64,000 nt of DNA from Octopus vulgaris (GCA_951406725.2 OX597825.1:33604001-33668000), one strand, 5' to 3'. Shown: positions 1 through 13,793, counted from the stretch's first letter. Notes: a model not told the origin generated them from the letters alone. Made by a program: numbers and translations.

Positions 1-390
1 TCACCACAAACAGCAGCCAAAGTTTCCTCATATCACATTAGCTAACAAAGGGAGCCTCTGCGTAATCACTTGACCTTGTAGAAATAGCAGCTGAATCTCT
101 CTTAAATCACACAGATCACTGAAAGAGCCTTTGTGTGGTTGCCTGATCAGCTTGAAATGATAGCTAAATGTCCATCAAGTTACATGAACCAGTAAGAGAA
201 CCTCTTCATGGTCATGTGACCTATTGGAAATTACAGCCAGAGCTCTTTCAAATTACATGAACTAATGGAAGAGCCTTTATGTTGGTTGCTCAACTTGTTA
301 GAAATAGTAGCTAAATCTCAGTCAAATCACTCAAACTTACAAAAATGTTTGTAGTTGCTTGACACCCTTGAAATAACAGTAGAATCAAAT
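1..390 (+). repeat. Degenerate tandem array, about 73-bp period, 5-6 units
   Basis: A gaaat(a)gcagc(t/c)aaat...aaatcac motif recurs at about 81, 154, 227, 301 and 370. Confidence 0.75.
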
Positions 391-2151
391 TTGAAGCAAC
401 ATGGTTTTGAAGCAAACTTCTTAACCACATGTCTATATCTGCACTCTGTTAGAAACCATATATATTGCAGGGAATATTTTGGTTTGGTGTTAATTTTACA
501 GCAAACTGTAGATGCCGCTTGGTCTTGATCTTAAGATGGTGTAACTTATAACGTTAATACACTTGACAAAATCTTAACCATCACAACACCCCACATTATA
601 GATTTACGTTTACATATTTAAGTAAAACATTGTTCTATATTGTGATGGAAATGACAATATGTTAGAGTATTTTAGCTCTCACCTTTTGATGTTCTGAATT
701 CAGATCTCATCATGGTCAGTTTTGCTTTTTACCTCTCTGGGGTTGAGGAATAAAAGAAACTAGCTAATTTCTGGAATCAGTTTAACCACCTGATGCTGTT
801 GTCTCTCTGGCTTCTTCAAATCAAAAGATTATGGTTTAAAACCCCAAATGTATTTTTGTAGTATTGCTTGTGCATTAAGAGCAGATGAAAGTATAAAAAT
901 AATGGCCATTGTATTCTTGTAAAGAGCAGCAACCCCATGTATTATTAGCCTTGAAAGGCATAATGATGGATCACTACTACACAGATGTTGTGATTAACCA
1001 TTTTACCGTGGAAATCAGATTGATATACCATCCTCTCTGTTGTTGAGGATTGCCATGTTTGAAACTAATTTTGGTGAGATGTGTCAAGTTTTTTGTGACT
1101 AGCAGAATATACCAATTCTATTTTTTAGTAGGTATTTGACATCATTATGGGAATGGTCTTGAGAATTTCACAGTGAAATGTTTAATGGGTATGTGATGGG
1201 TACTTCAACATGCCCAATGCATTTTGATGGGAAAAAAACGTGCTATATGGTATGATGTTGAATTCTCAAAGCACCTTATTCTGTAAATGTAACTTCGGAA
1301 AAAGAATCAATAGCACTATTCCTTATTTCTGACCATTAAATCTGTGGTGGAGTTAAAAAAAAAGTAACTAAAAAACAAAATAGGTGTTGATTTGATTAAA
1401 ATAATTTTCAATCATTTTTAGAATATAATGGAAAACCATTCTGTATAAAATTATTATTGTTGAATTAAGTTTCAAGTATATTTCTTGTTGAAACATAATT
1501 TTCCAGTAATTTTCCTGTCATATATCCAATGGTGTATCTAACAACATCTAATTGATATTTCTACATTTCTTTACTCTAAATTTTTTTCTCTCTATTTCAA
1601 AGATACCATTCAAATTGGTATGTAGACATTTTAAGCATCAATTTAAAACTGAAACAGAGCAACACACCTACTGACATTAGTTGGCTTATTATTCCTTTTT
1701 GTCTCAAATTAGTGCTTGTTTTGTTTACTACCATTTACACTGAATGTCTTGACAGTTAATTTAAAACTTGAGATGTTGAATGTTGTATTCGAAGACGACC
1801 CAGCATTTTATCATCATCACTGTTCTGCCATCCATTTTTCCATGCTTGCATGGGTGGTTGGGCAGGTGTTTCTTTAACACTTGTTGTAGCCATTTAGTCA
1901 TTTTAAGATCAGCCTTTACCACTTTCCCCCATGTCTTCTCTGGTCTTCCTCCTCTGCAGAATCATTTAACTGTGGTGTAAGGGACATCATAGTTTTTTCC
2001 ACACTTGGTTCTTCACTGTCCCCTCCTCTCTCTATATATATCATTAACAGCAGGTTCTCATTTCAAAAATGGTTTTAACAAGCAGTTATAAACTACATCC
2101 AGCTCATCATATGTATACACTTGCAATCATTCATGCATGCATGCGCACACA

Positions 2152-2187
<36 letters not shown>

Positions 2188-2288
2188 TATGCACAATATT
2201 GCATATATGTGTGTGTATATATATATATATATGTATATGTGAAATGAGATTTACATTTAACATATAATGTGTGCTCATATAATTTCAG

Positions 2289-2481
2289 GTATTTAACATT
2301 TATATGGCTGGGCGTCATTTGTGTTCACGGAGGTATCGAGAGTTTGATTGCTTACACAGTCAGTTGAAAAGAGAATTTACAGATTTCAATTTCCCCAAAC
2401 TTCCTGGTAAAAAACTTTTCACATTGTCTGATCAACAACTTGATGCCCGGCGGAGAGGTTTGGAGCAGTATCTAGAAAAAG
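2289..2481 (+). CDS. SNX27: SNX27 internal exon, PX domain ([19 protein letters not shown]...[16 protein letters not shown])
   Basis: ttcag acceptor, gttagt donor, 193 nt (phase 0 to 1). The translation closely matches the SNX27 PX sequence as I recall it (YMAGRQLCSKRYREF...[16 protein letters not shown]). Confidence 0.96.
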
Positions 2482-2594
2482 GTTAGTTTTTAAACTTAGT
2501 TTTGTTTCCGAACTTCTTCATTTTTAAAAAATAATTCTTTTTTCTTCAATGGGAAGCAGGCCTAATCTGTCATTCAGTTTCATACCCTAACCTT

Positions 2595-2759
2595 GGCGTA
2601 GGAGTGGCTGTGTGGTAAGTAGCTTGTTTACCAACCACATGGTTCCGGGTTCAGTCCCACTGCGTGGCACCTTGGGCAAGTGTCTTCTTCTATAGCCTCG
2701 GGCCGACCAAAGCCTTGTGAGTGGATTTGGTAGACGGAAACTGAAAGAAGCCCGTCGTA

Positions 2760-2800
<41 letters not shown>

Positions 2801-3010
2801 ATGTATGTGTGTTTGTCCCCCTAGCATTGCTTGACAACCGATGCTGGTGTGTTTATGTCCCCGTCACTTAGCGGTTCGGCAAAAAGATACCGATATAATA
2901 AGTACTGGGCTTACAAAGAATAAGTCCCGGGGTCGAGTTGCTCGATTAAAGGCGGTGCTCCAGCATGGCCGCAGTCAAATGACTGAAACAAGTAAAAGAG
3001 TAAAAGAGTA
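2595..3010 (+). mobile_element. tRNA-derived SINE family A (CORE-like, internal (TA/TG)n, gactgaaacaagtaaaagag tail)
   Basis: A/B-box-like head tggctgtgtggtaag...ggttcagtccc, ccttgggcaagt core, repeated tail; many copies in the window. Confidence 0.9.
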
Positions 3011-4889
3011 ACCACCTGGCTCTTAGGTGCTTTTAGCTTGGTTGCAAGCATACTGACCAGGACCCTTGCTCTGAGAATTGATAACTCAATATCTCAATCA
3101 TATGCTTGCTATTGTTTATTTACATTGACAGATTGGGTAATCTTCTGACAGTGAACTGATCGTTAATTATATGAAATCATCTCCTATCTACTGATTAGGT
3201 TTATAGCTGGAGCAGCTAACATAGTTTTGCAATGTGTGTGTGTGTGGTGGGTATGAGGTTTTAAATTCATTTCTATTGTCTGAAAAATGTCTTGTACTAT
3301 AGTCTCATACTGACCAATGCTTTGTAGATGAAATTTGGTAGACATAATTTTGTATGTGTGTGTGCTTATTTTCATGTTTTCAGAATCTCATTGAGCAAAA
3401 GAGGCAGTGCTTGTTTACAATACATCTCATAGTTTCTTCAGTTTTGACACATATTGAACTGTGGAATAAATCATATGTTACTTGAAATACAAAGATTGGC
3501 TTCAGGAAAGGCACACAGCTATAGAAAACTGACTTACTAAGTCACATCCAATCCATGACAGCATGGAAAAAGGCAATGTAAAAACAATGATGACAAGATA
3601 AAGCTATAATGGATAAGTGACAGGGTTGAATGGAATGAAAGAAATAAAGTTGTTGGAAACTATATGTAGAGGATTTGAAAAAAAAAATGTTATATTTAAA
3701 GAATATCTTGGCATGAGAGAAGCAGAGAGTTGGTGTTCTGCAAAGTTTTCAAATCAAAAAAGGAGTGGATGGTGTGAGCTGTTTGGAATCATTAGTCAAA
3801 GTATGAGCACAAATCAGAGGAGAGATAAATTCGGGCGAAATGATAAGATTATGCCAGAACAAAGAAAGGAGAGACATTATGTCACTGCAAGAAGTTACTG
3901 AGAAAAAAAAAAAATGAGTCCATGTACTTTAAATTTAAATACTTTTGTATTAAAATACCAGAGATAGTTATCTGAAGATCAAGACTTGCTGACCTGAAAT
4001 GTTAGCCTATCTCTGAATATAGAACTATGTAGATCCCATTACTTTTGACACTGTTGCATTTAAATAATTCTTTTTCACTATCATCTTTATGATGATAGAG
4101 AGGGAAATGTGTTGTAGCAAGTTGGCAAAACTCAGCCTAGTCAGCTTTCTATACTCCAAGCCTCCAATTTGAAAAATTTGAAAAATTGGTAGAGTGATAT
4201 ACAACATGCCACATGGTGTATAGTTACATCTTTTTACATCATTAGTTCAAACTCTGGTGGGGCTAAAGTTCAGAATTAAAATACTTTTTTATTTCTGGGA
4301 TTCAATTCTGCCTTTTCTCCTTCCTGAGTTAATAGCATCATCATCATCAGCATCATGATAATAATAATAATAATAATTATTATTATTTTTATTATTATTA
4401 TTATTATTATCATCATCATCATTATTTCAAATTTTGCCACTGCATTGACCCCATTGTTTCATTAGTACTTAATTTATTGATCTACAAAGGATTAAAGGCA
4501 AAGTTGACTCTGGCGGAATTTGAACTCAAAATGTAAAGATGGATTAAATGCTGCTAAGCATTTTACCCGACATGCTAATGATTCTGCCTGCTCACCACCT
4601 TAATGATTATGAAGATGATGATGATAATGATAAAAAAGTGGGTGGGTGAGAATAGGGTGCCCAGTAAAGCTATTGCAGGAAAGTATTATTTCTTGTTGAA
4701 GAGCATAGCCCACTGCTCATGTAAGTTTCCACAATTTTTGGGAAAGAGCCAGTCAACTACATCAACCCAGTGCTTAACTGGTACTTATTTTATTAATCTA
4801 CAAAGGATGAAAGGCAAAGTTGACTCCGGTGGCATTTGAGACCAGAACATAAATAATAATAATGATAATAATCATAATAATTATAATAT

Positions 4890-6650
4890 CCCTAGCAATA
4901 TGAGTCTGGTGGTTTCTCACAATAGGACAAGTCCATCTGAAGGCCCTCCATGCCCAATACCTGCATGCACCAGTCAAATCAAAAGACAGGAGTGGTCCAG
5001 AGAATAAAAAGTTTATTGAGGCTTTATACACCGCCAGGTATCAACAGACATCTCAAACACTGAACAAACATAGAATTTGGAGAGCAAAGAATCCTAACAT
5101 AAGACTGAACATAGATAGCAACAAGCTTGCAAATATACAAAGAAATGTTATGAAATGGAAATTGTTAACTGACATTAAAATCAACAAAATAAAAGAAAAT
5201 GTAAAATCAGATCTAAGAAATGACCTAGCAATTATAATTGCAAATTCAGAGACAAAAACTGTCAGAGTCATAGAAGAAAAATCTTTGCAGGATGAAGTAA
5301 AAAACTTTACACACACCAGAAAACAACTTAAATACTCTCCCTATTGATCAAACTATTGCAGAGGAACTATGAAAAAGACTACCTACAATTTAGAGAAAAT
5401 AAATGATGTTGATAACAGAACAAGTAACCTGAAAGAACTCAAAGAATAAATAATCACCGAATAGATCAAAGTTCAAAATATTGACATGAAGGTATGTCAA
5501 ATGTGATATTTGTTTATTTATATTGCTTTGAATTAATCATGCATTATCTTGTAGTTTAGAGATTTCAGTGATGTGATTTTTTAGTTTTAGAACGACATGG
5601 TTGGGCTGAGATGAAAGGTGAGATCTGGTCAGTTTCAATATATAACAGGTTAAATATTTTGGCCAGATATGGCCGGTTTGAATGCTAAAGGGTTAAGCTA
5701 TGCAGTGACCTTCCTAAAATTCACAACAGTAAAGAAAATGATGAAATAGTCAGGTGAACATGGCCCCCAAATCCATTATAAATGAAAATGAACTAAACAT
5801 CACATCCTTGAATGAGGTATTCTCTGCTGCTGCTGCAGTCTGCACCAAAATGTGTGGTGTAAAACTGAAATTGGGAATAGCAAATTCTCACAAAAAAAAC
5901 AAATAACAACATGGCAAGAAAAAAAAATTCAAGAAGTAAATTGATGCTCTCTGGTCTGATATACAAAGATTGAAAAAGTTATTCAACAAATGTAATATAA
6001 AACCATCTAAGGAGAGAAAGATACTGAAAAAGTATGAATTAAAGTCAAACCTCCAATTTGCTGGAGTAGTGGAGAAGATAAAACAAAAAGTGCAGGCCAA
6101 AGCCACACACATATGCAGTGCTTTGTAAAATGATCCAAGTTATTCAAAGATAACAGCATATTTAAAAATAATTCAAAGAAATTCTATTGACATATTGAAA
6201 AGAGCACTATCAAAATAGAAGTTCCGTCAGAGGATGAAATACTGCTGTTCAGAAGGAAAATTTTGACAGATGAACATGAGCAGAGCTGTGATGCCCCATG
6301 GGTTAATAAAAAACAAAAAGACACTGGGATTATAGAAGAGATAAGTGTAGGTGATGCCAGACTCATATAGAAAAATGTCCAGTAAATGGAAATCTCCTGA
6401 TATGGATAGGATCTCAGTTTATTGGCTCAATGTGTTTACAAACTTACACAAGAAACGAACTTGTTACAATGCATTTACGAAAGAACTGCAGACAAACCTC
6501 AGAATGGCTACCAAATGGTATTGCTTTTTTGCTCCTCAAAAATAATGAAACAAAAAGCCCTAAGAGCTGCAGACCCATAACATGCCTTACAACAATGTAC
6601 AAAATCTTCCTTGATGAACAAAAAGGATGTAAATGTGGGTGTTGTGATAT
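4890..6650 (+). mobile_element. Decayed R4/Dong-like non-LTR retrotransposon, interrupted by a MITE at about 5494-5696
   Basis: Fragments WKSPDMDRISVYWL and EWLPNGIAFLLLK..ETKSPKSCRPITCLTTMYKI..EQKGC resemble R4-clade RT; preceded by a (TAA)-rich tract. Confidence 0.75.
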
Positions 6651-7598
6651 TCTTTTACAAAAAGACAGATTGATATATAAAACTACATTTGGGTGGATAT
6701 ATATCTGATTTCTGCAGTTAAAGGGTGAATCTCCTGCTTGAGTTTTACAGAAAGCTCACACCTGACCAAGTTTACATTGTCTTGTATTTTCCTATGAAAA
6801 TAATCTTTTGGAGTGTGCATGTATTCAGTTATTAGAATGTATGAAGACCATCCATAGAAACTCAAAGACATTAAGGTGATGACTAGAAATTAAATCAAAG
6901 ACATTCCAGCTTTGACCATCATATCATTTTTTTGTATAACTGGGGCTGCATTACCCAATGCATGCATCCTTATATAAATTTGAAGAAGATTTGGTCTCTA
7001 TTTCTAGCAAGTTCAATGATCATGTAGAGCAGGACTTGCTTGATACTTTCTTGAAGGATTGTGTTTAATTTCAAAATAAATGTGTAAAACATTTGTTTCG
7101 AAATAAATTTAAAATTTACAAGTGGCAATAAAGCAAATAGCCTACAATTTTGTAATTTTAATCAAATAAAAAGTATGAAAAATTCTTGATTCTCTAATTT
7201 GATTATTTAACTATTAGGGCATAACATATACAAGCAGCCCTCAAAAAATTTACTGTTATTAAAGTGGCTTACAATGTAAGTTGGCCAGGCCTGATGTAGA
7301 GACTCCCTCATTTGCTCATTTACCAAAACAGAATTGGACAGAATTCACAAGCTAGTGAATATGGTTACTAATAGGGGAGGTAACTAATCTACTGTTTGCT
7401 TTCATTTTAATCCCATTTCTTCAACAGGTTTTATAAATTGTGCCTTTTTTATTAAAAATAAAAAGCAATGTACTACAAAACTGTATCATAGATATCTGTC
7501 AATCGTTTGAGATAAAAAGATATTTCTGAAACTTGGAGAACCTTTTACACAAGTATTCATTTTGCATTGAGTTGTAAAATTAGAAGGGTGGTGGGAGG

Positions 7599-7639
<41 letters not shown>

Positions 7640-8082
7640 AAAAAAGGATTAAGGGTGATGATGGTGGTGGTGGCTAATCAAGATTGTGTCTTTATCAGAT
7701 TTTCACTTTGCCACAAGCATTCTGATCAGAAACCCTCTGGTTCATTTTCCACTTACACTTTTTTTCTGCTGTCATTGATGTCAGGCTGGGTATCAACCAG
7801 ATAAATTTCATCAGCCTCAGAGGTCATTGGTCACTGATGATAATGTGATATATTACCTTACAGTGGTGAATTCGCAGAAGATTACATCAATAGTCACAGA
7901 TACCTTGCAATTTTCGTTTGAGCTCTTTGTGTTCTGAGTTCAAATTCTTGCTGGTATCAACTCGGTATTTTATCCTTCTACTCAGTTGCTAAATAAATTA
8001 ACCAGTCCAGGGCAACGGATTGGTAGCAGTGTTAGTGTGTCAGAAAAATAAAAGTAGTTTATAATATTTGTTCTGGCTGTTT

Positions 8083-8298
8083 AAGGCAGCGGGCTGGCAG
8101 ATTCATTAGCATGCCAGGCAAAATGCTTAGCAGCATTTTGTCCATCTTTACATTCTGAGCTCAGATTTTGTCAAGGTTGACTTTGCCTTCCATCCTTTCG
8201 GGGATCAATAAAATAAGTACCAATTGTGCACTGGGGTCAATGTAATTGATTTACTCACTCTCCCAAAACTGCTGGTCTTGTGACGAAATTCAAAACCA
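8083..8298 (+). mobile_element. SINE family B (ggcagaa..ttagc head, ctttgcctttcatcctttcgggg centre), tail type 1
   Basis: Shared with copies at about 4430-4600(-), 31600-31785(+) and 60953-61140(+), and with the tail-type-2 copies. Confidence 0.85.
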
Positions 8299-8621
8299 AT
8301 ATTTGTTCTGGTTCTGTACTTTGGAAGTTTACCTGCAACAACACTGGTACGGAGCCGTATTGGATCTTCTTCACTTGAACAACATTGGTAGGCTTGGAGT
8401 AGGGAGCCCCACTGTGTGGGCAACTGATGGTCTTCTGTTTAGAAAAAAAGTTTTACCTAAGCCTGCACTTTAGAAAACTTGGAAACAGGTGATGGTTTGT
8501 GAAAGGAAGGACATTCAGCCATAGAAAATCTATCTCAACAAATTTCATCTGACCCTTGTGAACATGGATAATTGACCATTAAAGTGATGATGATGTATGG
8601 CTACTAAGCATCTGGGATATG

Positions 8622-8852
8622 ATGAAACAAAAAACCCTAAGAGCTGCAGACCCATAACATGCCTTACAACAATGTACAAAATATTCTTTGATGAACAAAA
8701 AGGATGTAAATATGGGTCTTGTGATATTCTTTTACAAAAAGACAGATTGATATATAAAACTACATTTGGGTGGATATATATCTGATTTCTGCAGTTAAAG
8801 GGTGAATCTCCTGCTTGAGTTTTACAGAAAGCTCACACCTGACCAAGTTTAC
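8622..8852 (+). repeat. 231-bp near-identical duplicate of 6545-6775
   Basis: Direct comparison shows a handful of substitutions and no indels. Confidence 0.95.
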
Positions 8853-9592
8853 TCTGTGTATGTATGTATGTATGTATGTATGTATGTATGTATGCGTGCA
8901 TGCATGTATCGGTGTATGTATCTGTGTATGTGAGAAAGAGAGCTTATTATATAACACTCGTATCCTGAATTAATGCAGGAGCATTTACGTGCTTATTCAG
9001 TTTGAACTGTTAGAAATAGCAACCAAATGTCATTCAATTCAGACTCTACTGTCTTGACCATTTGAATATAGGAGCCATTGATAAGTGAAGCAATTTTAAA
9101 GTATTATTTAATAATTTTCAACGACATTTTCTTTTTCATTTGTGGTCAGGGTAAACACTCAGTTATTAATCAGTGTATCTGAAGGGTTGAAAGAATATCA
9201 CATTGGATAATGTAGTCTTAGATTTTACTGTGTCTGAATAAACGACAAGATTGTCATGAGTGAAGCACCTGTTTTCAAAGTATTTGATTACAAAACATTA
9301 GAAACAATTGATTTCTGTTGTATTTCACAACAGCACATTACTATTTTTGTTGCATTAGAAATGAGGTCATCTGGCATCTACTATCTGTGGTGTGGTTGAT
9401 ATTCCTTTACACATTGCTAGCACCTCCCTTAGCACCTGGCTACTACTAATATTATATACTGTAATATTACAGATGCAACCAAGGACACTTGTATATGTAG
9501 CAGTCACATTATTTCAGGTGTGAGATTTATTTGAGCTTTATGAGGTGCTTTGCTCTTGAGTGGCTGGAAAAAAAAAAAACCCACAAAGGGAC

Positions 9593-9722
9593 AGGTGTAG
9601 CTGTGTGGTAAGAAGCTTGCTTCCCAACCACATGGTTCTGGGTTCAGGTGTCTTCTACTATAGCCTCAGGCCAACCAAAGCCTTGTAAGTAGATTTGGTA
9701 GACGGAAACTGAAAGAAGCCCG

Positions 9723-9758
<36 letters not shown>

Positions 9759-9973
9759 GTTTGGGTCTGTGTTTGTCCCCCCCCCAATTACTTGTTGGTG
9801 TGTTTGCACCCCTGTACCATAGCAGTTCACCAAAAGAGACCGATATAATAAGTGCTAGGCTTACAAAGAATAAGTCTTGGGGTCAATTTGTTTTGACTTA
9901 AACCCTTTAAGACAGCACTTCAGCATGGCTGCAGTCAAATGACTGAAACAAGTAAAAGAAAAAAAAGAATAAA
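9593..9973 (+). mobile_element. SINE family A copy with internal deletion
   Basis: Colinear with 2595-3010 but lacks the segment after ggttcag. Confidence 0.88.
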
Positions 9974-10658
9974 GCATTCAATATACTCTTAACATTGTGT
10001 ATTCTGTTGCCATTTTTGTTGCTTACCTGCATTATCACTTCTCTTTGACATTAACAGTTTTTCAAATAAAGCATCTGTAAGGAAAAATCAGGTATTAAAC
10101 CCATGATGATGTTGATGACAATAACAACAACAATTAATCTTGATAGTAAAGGGGACATTTCTAGTTGTAGCTGTGAGTTCTTGATCTTTCTGAAGCAGTG
10201 CTACTTTTATAATTTGAAAATATGGTTCATTGATATTGTTGTTGTTATTTACATCCAGGTCAGTCTTGACTGCGTACATCAATGATCATGAGAGTTCCAA
10301 CCATGACCATCCCATCCTCTCAATGAGCATTGTGTTTCAATGTGTACAATGTTGATTGTACAGGTACGACTGTGAGGAGGTGGTGCAGGTATGGCTGTGT
10401 GGAGGCTGGGCAGGCATGACTCAATGGAGGCATAGGCATGTCTGTGGATGTGCAGGTATGGCTGTGTGGTTGGGGACTTTGCGTACTAACTAAATTATTT
10501 GGGGTTCAGTCTCATTGCTTGGCACCTAATGCAAATGTCTTCTACTGTAGCTCCTGGCCAACCAAAGCCTTGTCAGTGGATTTTATAGAAAGAAACAGAA
10601 CGAAGCTTTGCGTAAATATGTGTGTGGTAATGGTTGTTGTGATGGTTCTACTTATATA

Positions 10659-10880
10659 CATTTCTTTATTGCCCACAGGGGGCTAAACATAGAGGGGACA
10701 AACAAGGACAAACAAAGGGATTGAGTCGATTACATTGGCCCCAGTGTGTAACTGGTACTTATTTAATTGACCCTGAAAGGATGAAAGGCGAAGTCGATCT
10801 TGGCAGAATTTGAACTCAGAATGTAAAGGCAAACAAAATACTATTAAGCATTTTGCCCAGTGTGCTAACAATTCTGCCAG
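10659..10880 (-). mobile_element. SINE family B, tail type 2, nested in an older A-headed SINE; 8-bp TSD cttatata
   Basis: Reverse complement of the 30412 and 33761 copies; cttatata at 10651-10658 and 10881-10888. Confidence 0.85.
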
Positions 10881-11392
10881 CTTATATAATGAGGGAATCA
10901 ATCTTGACAGGATTTGAACCTGAAATTGTAAGCCTTCTCTCTGTAAGTTCCTCATCCACTCCTCTGGTCAGAACCATTGCGTATATGTGTGTGTGTTTGT
11001 CTCTCTGTCTGTCATGTGGTTGTTGTAAATGAGTGTCATTCACTTCCAGTATTCTGTGAAAATATGTCTGCCTTTAGGAAAATATTACCTCACTTGCAAA
11101 CAGGTAAGAGTTAGCGAAAGGAAAGGCATCTGGCCATTGAAAAATTTGGTTCGCAAATCTTTCTGACTCCTGGAAAAGTGTATGTTGAAATGATGATGAT
11201 GGGCATGATGTTTGTTCAGTGTCTGTTCTTCTCTTTTTAAAGCATTAGTATTTAATTTGTGAGAGATTCCATTGCTGTTTCTAGTGGATCTCAGTAACTA
11301 TACGTTAGCTTCCTTGTTGGCACATATATGTTGTGTTGTCCATTTAAATCAGTAATTATCAAAGATCAATGATATTTCTTCTGTCTTTATAG

Positions 11393-11463
11393 TTTGTGCA
11401 GTACGAGTCATTGGAGAAAGTGAAACAGTTCAAGAATTCTTGGCAGCCAGCGATTCCCATATG
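11393..11463 (+). CDS. SNX27: SNX27 exon, end of PX domain (VCAVRVIGESETVQEFLAASDSHM)
   Basis: Pyrimidine tract plus tag acceptor, gtaagt donor, 71 nt. Completes the split Val codon; matches VCSIRVIGESDIMQEFL. Confidence 0.95.
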
Positions 11464-11629
11464 GTAAGTACTGACAAACCATGAAATTGTTTGTTTTCTG
11501 CTTCTGTATGTAATTGGTTTCCAACACTTCTTTCACATCTTACAATATTTGTTTCTCCTTATTCTTCTATCGCTTCCTCTCTTTGTGTTCTTCTTTCTCT
11601 TCATCTCTTTTGTTTTTGTCTTTTCTTTA

Positions 11630-11661
<32 letters not shown>

Positions 11662-11870
11662 GTATTTATTTATTTTTTCCATATTTGAGTATCCTTCTGC
11701 TATTCTTTCTTATGGCCCAACCAGTGTTAGTAGTTCAATTTGTGCCAGCATGGGTAACTGACATTAAATGATTATATATATATATATATACATACATAGT
11801 TAATAAAAAAACACATATCAGAAAGGACACTCAAAAAATAGAGCAGTAATTATTACAACAAAATTTTATA

Positions 11871-12016
11871 TAGCGTTAGGGAGGGCATCCAGCCGTAGAA
11901 ACATTGCCAGATCAGACTGGGCCTGGTGCAGCCTTTTGGCTTCCCAGACCCCAGTTGCACCGTCCAACCCATGCCAGCATGGAAAGTGGATGCTAAACGA
12001 TGATAATGATGATGAT
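11871..12016 (+). mobile_element. RTE 3'-end fragment, family C, (GAT)n tail
   Basis: Matches the 3' end of the RTE at 25405-26745. Other copies at 14598-14715, 41500-41608, 42925-43200(-), 48075-48400(-) and 49110-49360(-). Confidence 0.85.
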
Positions 12017-13618
12017 TACCCAAAGTTTGTGCCCACAAAGCCAAAGCCTTGTGGAAATTGCCTCACTTGCAAACAGGTAAGAGTTGGAGAAAGGAAAGGG
12101 ATATATATTGTTTGTTTGTGTGTGTTCATCTCTTTCTCTCCCTCTCTTGCTCACTCTTAAATAGGAGATACTCGTTTTTCCTATTCTTTTACTGCTCCTT
12201 TGAAGCTCTGTTATTTTAACATTGAAGTTGTTGTTTAGCCCTCAGATGAGCAGACCTATACAGTCAAAGACGTTCCAGTCATGACCATCCAATACTTTTG
12301 TATGACAAAGACTACATTGTCTGGTCTGCCATTAAACAAAGGAATGTGATTTTTGGTTAATTCTAGCAACTCAAGTTGTTATGTGGAGGTTTATTTATTT
12401 AAACTGCTATAACAAAATACGACACATGCTAACAGTGTTTCTTTTCTCCTCTCTACACCATAAATCATTTATCAGTTTCATTGATGAGCATTTGGTTGTT
12501 TGATCTACTGAACTACCTACTTCAAAATGGCTGGCTGAGTATTCCACAGATATATTCACCCATAGCAATTTTCATGTTGAATTAGTGTTACACTTCATGT
12601 AATAAGGCTGGACTATTGAATTATAATCTTTTCCAATGAACTGCATCAGATTATCCCTAATTGCAGTTTTCCAAATAACAGTCACAAGGCTTTGATTGGA
12701 CTTAAGGCTATGGTGAAAAAACACTTGTTCAAGATAAACAGACTGTGGGGTTGAACCCAGAACATCCTGAATGTGAAGCAAACTTCTTAACCACTCAGCC
12801 AAGCCTGAATTTACTGTTTGGTAGTTTTACTCATGTAATAAGTGAATCAGTATTGACAAAACTTGAATCTGAAATTGTAAACCTCCTTACTGCAAGTTGC
12901 TCAACTATTGCTCCAATTAGAACCATCTTACTAAAATTGCCTCATTTCTTGCTGACTAGTTGGATGTACCACAAAGGACCTCTTATATGGCCATTTGATT
13001 TTGCCTGAAATAGCAGCAATTGCCTTCAGGTCTCACCTATTTTACAGTAGGAGGAAATGTGCGACCGTAGTTGTCAAAGGTCATTAGCATCTTGCATTTG
13101 CAAGATTTGGGGTTAATAATCCACTAGGTGCTACTCTGTAGTAGACGCAATTCATTTTCAGCCATCTTGGACTGGTGCAAAAATACCCTAACCAAGGACA
13201 CAGTATGCTACCTGGTCCAAAAATTGAGCCCACAACCTTATGATCATGACACTAATAACTGAACTACCAGCTCTTCTCTCTTTCTCTCTCTCTCATGCAC
13301 ACACACACACGGTAGATGTACTCACATACATGTACATTAATTGTTGTGAAATTTAAATATTTGAATAATCTGTGCAAGTCAATCTAGTAATCTGCCCATC
13401 CTATTTGTTAAATAGTGCGTTAAATGAAGTTAAAAACTGTATATATATATACACCAATTAATGTGCTTCTCCATTTTCTTATTTGTAATTATATATACAC
13501 CACACACATACACACACACACACACACATATTTCATGCATTGCGTTCCAATATTTATGTTATCACATCTATTGGTGGATCGATGAGTATAGTCATTTTTA
13601 GTATGTGTTATATATACA

Positions 13619-13793
13619 CTTTATTTGTCTGTTAAGGCTACCATTGGTTTCATGTAAAGGAATATCTCAATAATTATTCAAACCAACCAGAAAAATTGGT
13701 GTACATCTCCATTTCATGTATATGATTGGCTTGTATAATTGTTGAGATATTGCTTCACATGAAACCAATGGTAGCCTTAAGAAACAAATAAAG
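13619..13793. repeat. Fold-back inverted repeat, about 70-bp arms
   Basis: ttaaggctaccattggtttcatgt...atatctcaa pairs with ttgagatat...acatgaaaccaatggtagccttaa. Confidence 0.92.
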
